53,968 nt of DNA from a virus (taxonomy: Duplodnaviria; Caudoviricetes): IMG/VR virus record IMGVR_UViG_3300049020_000042, positions 1 through 53,968 of that record. One strand, 5' to 3'. Below, in pieces: positions 17,512 to 25,709 of this stretch. Made by a program: the position numbers and the translations under genes. Under the pieces are notes generated by a model, which saw only the letters and a program-made list of their open reading frames with translations, ran no database searches and was not told the origin of the DNA. Position 1 is the first letter of the stretch. Each line of letters opens with the position of its first letter.

Positions 17512-18798
17512 ATGTCCACCCTTAGCTCCCCATCCAATCTGAACCTCAATGATGAAGTGGTTCATGCCATCGTGGCAGCTCGCGTCAAGCTGCTCCTGGA
17601 AAAGCCGTTCTTCGGTAACTTGGCAACTCGCCTGATCCTCAAAGAGGCGGATGGTTGGTGCAAAACCGCAGCAACTGATGGCCGTCACCTGTATTACAAC
17701 CGAGAATTCATCAAGGGTCTGACGCAAGCTCAACTCCTGTTCCTGGTTGGTCACGAAGTGCTGCATTGCGTGTACGATCACTTGGGCCGCCGTGGTCAAC
17801 GTGACCCCAAGATCTGGAACATGGCGAATGACTACATCGTCAATGACACGCTGGTGAAGGAAGGCGTGGGCAAGATGCCTGAAGGCGGTTTGCTGGACAA
17901 CAAATACAACGACACGATGACTTCTGAAGAAGTCTACGAAATCCTGAAGAAGAACAGCGTCACGATCAAGATGCCTCTCGACCAGCATTTGGATGCGGCC
18001 GGTGACAGCAAGGGTGATGATGACGGTGATGGTAGTGGTGACGGTGACGGTGGCCAGCCCAAGAAAATGGGCAGCGGCAGCGGCGGCAAAACTGTTGATG
18101 TCACGGTCATGGGCAAGGACGGCCCACCCAAGCTGACTGAAGACGATCTGAACAAGATTCGTACTGAAATTCGCACCGCAACGATCCAGGCAGCACAAAC
18201 TGTTGGCGCTGGTAAGGTCCCCGCAGGCGTGCGTCGCATGATCGAAGAGCTGACCAGCCCCAAGATGGACTGGCGCACTCTCCTGGACTCGCACATCAAG
18301 AGCTCCATCAAGGACGACTACACGTTTGCCAAGGTGAACCGTCGTAGCTGGTCTCTGGGTGCATTCCTCCCCGGCCAGGATTACCTGGAAACCGTGGAAG
18401 TTGCTGTGGCGGTTGATACGTCGGGCTCCATGACTGACGAAATGCTGCGTGATATCCTGGGTGAAGTAAAGGGCATCATGGAAACTTTCCAGGACTTCAA
18501 GCTGACCTTGTGGACGTTTGACACCCAGGTGTACAACCCCAAGGAATTCACCAGTCACAACCTGGATGAACTTCTGCAGTACGATCCCAAGGGTGGTGGT
18601 GGTACGGACTTTGACGTCAACTTCGAGTTCATGAAGGAAAACGGTCTGGAGCCACATCGCTTTGTGATGTTCACTGACGGTTACCCATGTGGTAGCTGGG
18701 GTGATGAAAACTACACTGACACGTTGTTCGTGATTCACGGCAACACCAGCATCGTGGCTCCGTTTGGTATCACGGCATACTACGACGACGCCAAGTAA
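17512..18798 (+). CDS. zincin-like metallopeptidase + vWA protein (DUF2201-type MoxR partner)
   Basis: TAATDG, HEVLH (HExxH), Gly/Asp linker, MIDAS DTSGS, GGGTDF and FTDG. Confidence 0.92.
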   Translation: MSTLSSPSNLNLNDEVVHAIVAARVKLLLEKPFFGNLATRLILKEADGWCKTAATDGRHLYYNREFIKGLTQAQLLFLVGHEVLHCVYDHLGRRGQRDPKIWNMANDYIVNDTLVKEGVGKMPEGGLLDNKYNDTMTSEEVYEILKKNSVTIKMPLDQHLDAAGDSKGDDDGDGSGDGDGGQPKKMGSGSGGKTVDVTVMGKDGPPKLTEDDLNKIRTEIRTATIQAAQTVGAGKVPAGVRRMIEELTSPKMDWRTLLDSHIKSSIKDDYTFAKVNRRSWSLGAFLPGQDYLETVEVAVAVDTSGSMTDEMLRDILGEVKGIMETFQDFKLTLWTFDTQVYNPKEFTSHNLDELLQYDPKGGGGTDFDVNFEFMKENGLEPHRFVMFTDGYPCGSWGDENYTDTLFVIHGNTSIVAPFGITAYYDDAK

Positions 18799-18843
18799 TC
18801 AGAGGGGAATGCGCAGACATTCCTCTTACTGAGTAGACGCTTG

Positions 18844-18873
18844 TAGGGGTACCAGGACGTCCTGGTACCCCTA
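18844..18873. repeat. perfect 30-bp palindrome
   Basis: TAGGGGTACCAGGAC|GTCCTGGTACCCCTA with no spacer. Confidence 0.9.
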
Positions 18874-18888
18874 ACCATTGAGGGATAC

Positions 18889-19125
18889 ATGAATAAAGAA
18901 CGACAAAAGTTCTACGCCATTCGAGAACTTAAGGTGATGGCCGTAGTATTGGCTGTATATGGAGCATGCGCTTTTGGCATATCGACGGGGAAGAGCATAG
19001 TTCAGAACAAGTGTCGAACCGATCACATGATTCAGATAGAGGAAGAACCCCTTGATGGTAAGGGCGTGTCACGTACCGTGAACTATCTCTGCTTGCCAAC
19101 TTCTTATCCGGTGATTGATAAATGA
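18889..19125 (+). CDS. small membrane protein
   Basis: One N-proximal hydrophobic helix; GAGGGA RBS. Confidence 0.65.
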   Translation: MNKERQKFYAIRELKVMAVVLAVYGACAFGISTGKSIVQNKCRTDHMIQIEEEPLDGKGVSRTVNYLCLPTSYPVIDK

Positions 19126-19298
19126 TTGATATGAGAACAATCATTACCGCAATCATCATTGCATCAACTTTACTTCTGTCTGGCTGCATAGTTACGCTCG
19201 CTCCTGGCTATTATCAGGGAACCGTTTATGTTCACCAGCCAGCGGGATATTATCATCATGGCCATTACCATCGTCATGGTGGATGGCACAAGAGATAA
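19122..19298 (+). CDS. small His-rich lipoprotein (absent from ORF track)
   Basis: (MID)MRTIITAIIIASTLLLSG-C lipobox; tail YYHHGHYHRHGGWHKR; ATGA overlap. Confidence 0.75.
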   Translation: MIDMRTIITAIIIASTLLLSGCIVTLAPGYYQGTVYVHQPAGYYHHGHYHRHGGWHKR

Positions 19299-19368
19299 TT
19301 TTGAAATAATCAAAGTTTCATTAAATTCGCATACCATTTCAGTATAATGGTGACAAGGACGGATAATA

Positions 19369-19716
19369 ATGATTCATCAAACAGTTAGATTCACTGGCTT
19401 GACAGTGAGATCAGAACTTCTGTGCTCCAAGCTGGGCAACAGAAAATCCCAAGGACCAATACCAGCATCTTGGTGTCGCATTTCAATCCCGGATGCGCCC
19501 CAAGATGGTGCATCCATGGATCGCCTAGATCGATGGGTAACGGAAACAATGCAAGGAAGATGGGGAGTTTACCAGCCAGAATACGGCGCGGTGATCTTCG
19601 GAGCTTCCGGAAAAATCGTCATAGCATTTGAAAATGACGACGACGCACTCATGTTCAAGCTGATGGACGGTGGGGCGATTTGGAAAGACATGGCAGACAC
19701 AAAAGAAGGATATTGA
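19369..19716 (+). CDS. small protein, FExxxDxxxFKL-motif family
   Basis: [10 protein letters not shown]...[16 protein letters not shown]. Confidence 0.75.
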   Translation: MIHQTVRFTGLTVRSELLCSKLGNRKSQGPIPASWCRISIPDAPQDGASMDRLDRWVTETMQGRWGVYQPEYGAVIFGASGKIVIAFENDDDALMFKLMDGGAIWKDMADTKEGY

Positions 19717-19718
19717 AA

Positions 19719-20297
19719 ATGATGGTTCCGATGATTCTCGAAAACACTGGTCGCGGTGAACGTGCGATGGATCTCTACAGCAAGATGCTGATGGAGCGCG
19801 TCATCTTCCTAAACGGTCCAGTGGAAGACAACATGGCAAATCTTATTTGCGCACAGCTCCTGTATCTGGAGTCCGTGGACCCAAGTAAGGATATCTCGAT
19901 GTACATCAACTCACCAGGTGGTTCAGTTAACGCTGGTCTGGCTATTCGTGATACGATGAACTTCATCAAATGCGACGTTTCTACTGTCTGCATGGGCATG
20001 GCCGCTTCCATGGGGGCCTTGCTGCTGAGTTCAGGCACCAAGGGCAAGCGGTTTGCGCTCCCAGACGCTAGAATCATGATCCACCAAGTGTCATCCGGTA
20101 CTCGTGGTACCGTTATGGATCAGGAAATTCAACTGAAAGAAAGCGTTACATTGAATGATCGCCTGCATCATATCATGACCGAAGCTTGCGGTCAGTCCTT
20201 TGAAAAGGTCAAGAACGATTGCTCGCGTGACTATTTTATGTCGGCAGCTGAAACTGTCACTTACGGTCTCATTGACCGCGTTATTGACAAGCGTTGA
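19719..20297 (+). CDS. clpP: ATP-dependent Clp protease proteolytic subunit
   Basis: YINSPGG, AASMG (Ser), IMIHQ (His), RDYFM (Asp) and YGLID. Confidence 0.96.
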   Translation: MMVPMILENTGRGERAMDLYSKMLMERVIFLNGPVEDNMANLICAQLLYLESVDPSKDISMYINSPGGSVNAGLAIRDTMNFIKCDVSTVCMGMAASMGALLLSSGTKGKRFALPDARIMIHQVSSGTRGTVMDQEIQLKESVTLNDRLHHIMTEACGQSFEKVKNDCSRDYFMSAAETVTYGLIDRVIDKR

Positions 20298-20320
20298 AAG
20301 TTCTTACCAACTAAGGAAAG

Positions 20321-20563
20321 ATGAATCAAATTGAGTATAGGGCTGGAAGTGAAACACCCATGCCCCATATTATCAGAGTCTCACTGAAGGGCTCGGATCA
20401 AACTCGTTCTGATTTAATCACTAGGTGGATAGAATTCTGGTGTCAAACCAACTGCGAAGCTGGTTGGCACCTTCGTGAATACGAGACCCACGTGGAAATA
20501 GGATTCGAGGACTTGAGTGAACTAGTTCACTTCAAGTTGAGCCCCGAATGTGATTCAAATTGA
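20321..20563 (+). CDS. small protein, FExxxDxxxFKL-motif family
   Basis: WCQTNCEAGW...VEIGFEDLSELVHFKL. Confidence 0.75.
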   Translation: MNQIEYRAGSETPMPHIIRVSLKGSDQTRSDLITRWIEFWCQTNCEAGWHLREYETHVEIGFEDLSELVHFKLSPECDSN

Positions 20564-21067
20564 TCCCTTGGGATCAATGTCTTCCTTGTACCAACGAACA
20601 CATCTGATAATCGCAGGATTCAAAGAATAGGCATTCTCATAGGATGCCTTTTCTATATCCGTCAAATGATCACTGTTCATGACCTGTTGATATCTTTCCA
20701 TCTGGGTTTTGAAGGCGTTTGACTTAGCTTCTTGGACATTCTTCCATTTGAGATTGTCCATACCAGCTTGTGACATATTCTTCTTTTTAAAGTATTCATT
20801 GAATACTTTAAAGTTCGCTGCCATCTTATCCTGATAATCAGAGAGTTCGACTAGTTTTTCCGGTGGGATAACTATCTTTAAGGCAGTCATCTTTGCATAA
20901 GCCTGCTCCGTTAGGTGATGGGCAGCGATGAACGTAGCTTGGCATCCACCGATGAATCCAGCTTCGTTCTCATGAAAAGATTTGATTTTGATAATTGAGT
21001 CCTGATTGAACGCTGAAGAACTCAGCGTCAGGAGCATTATGGCGATAATGGCTTTTTTAATTGGCAT
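20555..21067 (-). CDS. putative secreted/periplasmic protein
   Basis: MPIKKAIIAIMLLTLSSSA signal-peptide-like N-terminus; two Cys. Confidence 0.6.
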   Translation of the reverse strand: MPIKKAIIAIMLLTLSSSAFNQDSIIKIKSFHENEAGFIGGCQATFIAAHHLTEQAYAKMTALKIVIPPEKLVELSDYQDKMAANFKVFNEYFKKKNMSQAGMDNLKWKNVQEAKSNAFKTQMERYQQVMNSDHLTDIEKASYENAYSLNPAIIRCVRWYKEDIDPKGSI

Positions 21068-21137
21068 AGTAATCGTAATGTTTTTGCTGCCAGTGTACAT
21101 TGACGCCATACGAAATAGGTTGTAAACTTGGTGCAAC

Positions 21138-22307
21138 ATGAAAAAGATTTCCCTTAACAGCTTGGTGTTCTTGATCGATGTAACAACTCAACAGGTTGAA
21201 GATCGATTCCGTCACCACGAATTTATCTCCTACGATTCAGTCAGTGCGGCACTCTTTGGAAGCTCCACTAGGCCTGATATGCGTGATGCCGTACATGCGG
21301 AAATTGAACGTCAAATCAGCCTGCGATTGTCTCTGGGTCAACGAGTGGTTGTTGAAGCTCCCGATTTGAAGCGTGATGTGCGAGTCAGTATTGCCATGCA
21401 TGTCAATTCTATTGGCTATAACGTCTACTATTTGGTGGATGAACACGGTGCCAAGCGCGATACCGTGCGCAACGATCGTGGTGTCGAGGTAATCGATGTG
21501 AACAATACCCAGGTACAAGTCGTAAACAAAACTTCTGATTCGATGTTTATTCAACATCTGAAGTCTTTGGACTATGACGGTATCACGGTTGTAGGGGATG
21601 TCCACGGAATGATGAATCAACTCCAGAACGCCGTGAGTTGGGCAAAACGTAGAAACCACTTCCTCCTGTTTTTGGGCGATGTGCTTGATTACGGTAATGA
21701 AACCCTCGAGGTGACTGACGCGGTGTACCAATTGGTAATTCGTGGGGAAGCGGATGCACTTTTGGGAAATCACGAACGTAAGATTTTCCGGTATCTGTCT
21801 CCGAAGAACAAAAACGTAAATCATATGCGTTTGAGTTCCGGCAACAAGGTAACGATTGATCGAGTCGAATCACTGAATTCCTTTGACAAGGAACGTTGGG
21901 TAAACCGTTTCAACTCTTTGGTTCACCTAATGAGAAACCATAGAACTTTTGACAATTTCATCTTTGCTCATGGTGCGGTTTCCCCGGAGTTGTGGAATAA
22001 CAACGATCATAGATTGCGTGGTGCGCTGGAAGAAATTACTCTGTTCGGAGAAGTAGACGATTCGATTAAAAGATCTGACAACTTCCCCAATAGAGTCTAC
22101 AATTGGGTAGACCAATTGCTCCCGGGTCAGACTGCCATTGTTGGTCACGACATCAGAAGCAATTATGAACCTTTTTCTCATATTGGCATCAAGGGTGGAA
22201 AAGCTATTTTCCTTGATACTGGTTGTGGCAAAGGCGGGCATTTGAGTACTCTGGATATCAGATTCTCAAATGATGGTCCCCGTATAGAAAACACCAACAT
22301 TCATTGA
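21138..22307 (+). CDS. Pnkp-like protein: degenerate kinase domain + metallophosphoesterase
   Basis: GDVHG, LGDVLDYG, GNHE, AHGA, VGH and LDTGCGKGG; TTGACG-17-TAAACT upstream. Confidence 0.85.
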   Translation: MKKISLNSLVFLIDVTTQQVEDRFRHHEFISYDSVSAALFGSSTRPDMRDAVHAEIERQISLRLSLGQRVVVEAPDLKRDVRVSIAMHVNSIGYNVYYLVDEHGAKRDTVRNDRGVEVIDVNNTQVQVVNKTSDSMFIQHLKSLDYDGITVVGDVHGMMNQLQNAVSWAKRRNHFLLFLGDVLDYGNETLEVTDAVYQLVIRGEADALLGNHERKIFRYLSPKNKNVNHMRLSSGNKVTIDRVESLNSFDKERWVNRFNSLVHLMRNHRTFDNFIFAHGAVSPELWNNNDHRLRGALEEITLFGEVDDSIKRSDNFPNRVYNWVDQLLPGQTAIVGHDIRSNYEPFSHIGIKGGKAIFLDTGCGKGGHLSTLDIRFSNDGPRIENTNIH

Positions 22308-22308
22308 T

Positions 22309-22515
22309 ATGTTCGCAGAAATTTATGGAAGTGAATACTCCGGCTGCGATGGATGGCATTCATGGTTGAAAACAACTCTGGAAGTCATTCCTCGCGAAGG
22401 GGAAACGGTAGCTCAGTGCAAGGTGCGAGCTGAAAAGGAAATTGACGAAAAGTATTCAAGTACCTACGTCAGAACGACAGTTAAGTGGTTGGAATCGCTA
22501 CCTCAGTTGGAGTAG
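22309..22515 (+). CDS. hypothetical protein
   Basis: 68-aa ORF abutting upstream stop. Confidence 0.55.
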   Translation: MFAEIYGSEYSGCDGWHSWLKTTLEVIPREGETVAQCKVRAEKEIDEKYSSTYVRTTVKWLESLPQLE

Positions 22516-22532
22516 CGGGATAAATATCAAAA

Positions 22533-23108
22533 ATGGAGGTTGCTATGGATTTGAGTATTCATGTTGGAGGAGACACACTGGTTTTGAACAGTGATGGTCT
22601 GCCTTTGGATATCATTCCCATTAGCACCGTGAGCTGGCGTGATGCCATTAAGGCTCAATACCAGGGCAATATCGACGTCTTGCATCACTATAGTGATTGG
22701 GTTGTTCGCAGCCCCAGTGTGGAGCTTCAGGTGCCATCGGTCATCATGATGCGTCAATGGGTTAAAATGGGTAGGAGAGTAAAGTTCTCCAGACGAAACG
22801 TGTACATTCGTGACCGTTTCACATGTCAGTATTGCAATGAGGTTTTCCCTCATGATGAACTGACTATGGATCACGTCGTGCCACGACTGGAAGGTGGTAA
22901 GACCGTCTGGAATAACATCGCTTCTGCTTGCAGCCCATGCAATCATGAAAAGAGTCACTTCAGCAAGATGAAGCCCAGGAATGCACCACGTAAGCCATCG
23001 TATGGTGAAATGTTGGCAATCCTGCGTACGAGCAAAATCACCATCCGTGATCCAGCTTGGAACTTCTACTTGGGATGGCCTGAACATTTAGTCACCATTC
23101 AACGATAA
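22533..23108 (+). CDS. HNH endonuclease (McrA-like)
   Basis: RDRFTCQYC, TMDHVVP and WNNIASACSPCN; TAAATA at 22521; true start may be 22545. Confidence 0.9.
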   Translation: MEVAMDLSIHVGGDTLVLNSDGLPLDIIPISTVSWRDAIKAQYQGNIDVLHHYSDWVVRSPSVELQVPSVIMMRQWVKMGRRVKFSRRNVYIRDRFTCQYCNEVFPHDELTMDHVVPRLEGGKTVWNNIASACSPCNHEKSHFSKMKPRNAPRKPSYGEMLAILRTSKITIRDPAWNFYLGWPEHLVTIQR

Positions 23109-23137
23109 AATAATCCCCTTAATTGGGGATTATTTTT
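23107..23137 (+). terminator. intrinsic terminator
   Basis: AAAATAATCCCC/GGGGATTATTTT. Confidence 0.7.
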
Positions 23138-23164
23138 GACTGGCACGCTCGTCATATGTAAAAT
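23136..23164 (+). promoter_or_regulatory. sigma70 promoter
   Basis: TTGACT-17-TAAAAT. Confidence 0.75.
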
Positions 23165-23193
23165 CACCTTTGTCAAAGAACAAGGAGAATTAA

Positions 23194-23502
23194 ATGACGA
23201 CTGAAAACACTACCGCAGGTGCTGCACCTGAAGCCGCTCAGCCAAACATCAACATCAACGATCTGCAAGCCGCAGTTCAGATTATTGATTACGCTGCCGA
23301 TCAAGGTGCGTTCAAGGGTTGGGGCGTTATCGAACAAGTGAAGGTCATCCGTGATCGTCTCAATGCGTTCGTAGTCGCCACCGTGCCTAAGAAGGCAGAA
23401 CCAGCTCCACAAGCTGCAAAGGCAACTCCCAAGAAGATCACCAAGGCTCCAGCTGGTGCAAAGAAGTCTGCTTCGGTTGCAAAGACTGCTGCTAAGAAGT
23501 AA
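23194..23502 (+). CDS. hypothetical protein with Lys/Ala/Pro-rich tail
   Basis: ININDL..IID...GAF core; histone-like KA tail; AAGGAG RBS. Confidence 0.8.
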   Translation: MTTENTTAGAAPEAAQPNININDLQAAVQIIDYAADQGAFKGWGVIEQVKVIRDRLNAFVVATVPKKAEPAPQAAKATPKKITKAPAGAKKSASVAKTAAKK

Positions 23503-23541
23503 TACAGAAGGGCATCAGCCCTTCTAATTTGAGGATCAAAT

Positions 23542-24168
23542 ATGTCAGATATTAAGAAACACGTCGGTAGAGTAAAGTCCACCGACCAACGTTGCGTGGT
23601 AGTATTCATGCAACTCCCTGACGATAAGGAAAAGGCCCTGATCGTTAATGTTGAGACTTTGCCAGAACGCCTTGAGCAACTGGTAATGGAAATTCTCAAC
23701 TCCCCAGAAGGCCAACAAGCTGGTGATTTGGCTGATACCCTGGGTCGCAGAATGGTACCAGAACAACGAGTTACGGTTCTGACTGAGTTGCATAATCGTG
23801 GTTATCTGCGAGCAGAAACTATCGATAACATCATCATGTTCCCTCGTCCAAATTCACCATTCCCACTGCGTGATTTGTTGGCTGCAATGGGCAAGCTGGA
23901 TGGTGTAACTGCTGCGACTGCTGATACTGGTGATTCGGATGGCAAGTACAACCAACACGTTCAAAACAAGAATGTGGCAGTCACGGAAGAAAAGATGGCA
24001 ACGGCCATGAATATCCTTGCAGAAGCCGAGATGCTCCAACTGGAAGCAAATCGCAAGCGCGAACAAGCCTACAAGATTGCACCTGGTCTCCGTCCAGAAC
24101 AAACCGCAATCAAGGAAGTTGCAGCCGTAACTTCCAAGGATCAGAAGGCTGAGGCGAAAGCAAAATGA
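23542..24168 (+). CDS. conserved jumbo-phage hypothetical protein
   Basis: KHVGR...VVVF...C-terminal coiled coil; GAGGA RBS. Confidence 0.8.
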   Translation: MSDIKKHVGRVKSTDQRCVVVFMQLPDDKEKALIVNVETLPERLEQLVMEILNSPEGQQAGDLADTLGRRMVPEQRVTVLTELHNRGYLRAETIDNIIMFPRPNSPFPLRDLLAAMGKLDGVTAATADTGDSDGKYNQHVQNKNVAVTEEKMATAMNILAEAEMLQLEANRKREQAYKIAPGLRPEQTAIKEVAAVTSKDQKAEAKAK

Positions 24169-24455
24169 CCACTTCATCGAGAGATTCCTTTCTGCATCTC
24201 ATCGAAGCGGAGAGGGCTCGTCAGAGCGATCTCCCGGGATCAGAATTTGACCTCAACAATTCAGTCAATGACTGGATTGCCATTGCAACTCATTATTTGA
24301 GTGAACCTGCGAAGCGTCCTGCTTCAAAGCAGATGGGTCGTGGTCTTCGGATTACACAAAGCGAATTTGAGGATTCTCTCGTTAAGGCAGCCGCAGTTAT
24401 TTTGGCAGCTTTGGAGCATTCGGATTCTCTAAAGAAAAAGGACCATCTCCTTTGA
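24165..24455 (+). CDS. MazG-like all-alpha NTP pyrophosphohydrolase-fold protein
   Basis: EAERARQ, NDW and EDSLVKAAAVILAALE pattern. Confidence 0.5.
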   Translation: MTTSSRDSFLHLIEAERARQSDLPGSEFDLNNSVNDWIAIATHYLSEPAKRPASKQMGRGLRITQSEFEDSLVKAAAVILAALEHSDSLKKKDHLL

Positions 24456-24456
24456 T

Positions 24457-24486
24457 AAAGAAGCTCTTTTTAAGAGCTTCTTTTTT
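24457..24486 (+). terminator. intrinsic terminator
   Basis: AAAGAAGCTCTT/AAGAGCTTCTTT plus T-run. Confidence 0.7.
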
Positions 24487-24546
24487 ATGGCAAAATTTAA
24501 GTTAGACTGGCTTTTGGTACAGCCACATCAATAAACAAAGTAAATA

Positions 24547-24828
24547 ATGGACAAACAGCAAGAGGTACCAAGCATGGACTGCACTGACATGATCAACGAC
24601 ATGATTGACACATTGGAGCCAGAATTAGTTCCATCCGATTTCATCGTGTGTGCGCAACTTTCCATGAATGACGGATCTGAGATTATGGTGAACGGCTCCG
24701 AAATGGCCGAAGCTCTCAGACTCAGACGTTCCAATCTAGTGAAGTACAAAGTGGTGCTCAATTCCAAATTGATCCACGATCGAATCAATATCCAGACCGC
24801 ATTTATTCTTGCGGCAGTTTTCGGATAA
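24547..24828 (+). CDS. hypothetical protein
   Basis: 93-aa ORF in operon orientation. Confidence 0.65.
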   Translation: MDKQQEVPSMDCTDMINDMIDTLEPELVPSDFIVCAQLSMNDGSEIMVNGSEMAEALRLRRSNLVKYKVVLNSKLIHDRINIQTAFILAAVFG

Positions 24829-24835
24829 TTGAAAA

Positions 24836-24875
24836 TTGACGATTACTGAATATCACAGCATAATTCAGTAATCGT
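24836..24875 (+). promoter_or_regulatory. sigma70 promoter overlapped by 13-bp inverted repeat
   Basis: TTGACG-17-CATAAT; ACGATTACTGAAT/ATTCAGTAATCGT. Confidence 0.7.
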
Positions 24876-24954
24876 TCTAACCCCATGCAATGTGGGGCAC
24901 TAGCTCGATAATGTCGGGCTTGTGATATCTTTGTCCAAGCCATAAAGGAATATT

Positions 24955-25215
24955 ATGGTAGAATATGGGGACGAATCATACATAACGGCTGAAGGGCGAA
25001 TGGTCGCCAAACAAGCCCAGATTATCACAAACCTCAACGATCAAATCCGTCGACTCAAGGCTGACTTGGTTGATCTTGAAAAACTCGCAAATGAATCTAG
25101 ACCAAACCATCTAATGTATTTGGCTATCATGAAGGCTGTTCAAGAGCACCCACACCTTCAAGGTATCTGGGATGAACTTGTGACTGCCATGAGATTGTTG
25201 GAGGTGAAATTCTAA
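24955..25215 (+). CDS. hypothetical coiled-coil protein
   Basis: AAGGA RBS; coupled to DHFR. Confidence 0.65.
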   Translation: MVEYGDESYITAEGRMVAKQAQIITNLNDQIRRLKADLVDLEKLANESRPNHLMYLAIMKAVQEHPHLQGIWDELVTAMRLLEVKF

Positions 25216-25709
25216 TGTTGGAAATGATTCTAGCCACCGCAATTGGCGGAGCGATGGGAAACAAAAATGGTCTTCCTTGGCCAAACATTCCAGAAGACAT
25301 GAAATGGTTCAGGGAGAAAACCAGAGACAAAGTGGTAGTCATGGGGTCAAATACTTGGTTCTCACTTCCTGAACAATTCAGACCACTTCCCTTCAGAACC
25401 AACGTTGTTATATCCACCAAAGATATTGATGGTCCTGATATGGTTCTGAGTGGGACGCCGGATTCAATCAATGATTTGCTGCTTGATGCATATCCAAAGA
25501 AAGAAATCATTCTGATTGGTGGTAAGAAAATCTACGAAGATTTCTTTCCCCACGTCAACCGTGTGTTCCACACGCTCATCAACAAACATGTTGAACATGA
25601 CACTCAGATAGATATTGGTACCATGTTGTGGACCAATGGTTTCCACAGAGAAAATTTTGAAAATAACAAGGACAAGGGACTCTTGTTCGAAGAATGGGTT
25701 AAGAAATGA
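25215..25709 (+). CDS. folA: dihydrofolate reductase
   Basis: MGNKNGLPW, EDMKWF, VVMGSNTW, RPLPFRTN and IGG. Confidence 0.95.
   Translation: MLEMILATAIGGAMGNKNGLPWPNIPEDMKWFREKTRDKVVVMGSNTWFSLPEQFRPLPFRTNVVISTKDIDGPDMVLSGTPDSINDLLLDAYPKKEIILIGGKKIYEDFFPHVNRVFHTLINKHVEHDTQIDIGTMLWTNGFHRENFENNKDKGLLFEEWVKK

Noticed and set aside
15937-18738. Long antisense ORFs (412 aa and 452 aa) opposite MoxR and vWA genes
   Set aside because: Shadows of strongly biased codon usage in the sense genes; no motifs or RBS.
18889-19298. Membrane protein plus lipoprotein as a spanin pair
   Set aside because: The membrane protein lacks a long periplasmic coiled coil, and the pair is far from the endolysin.
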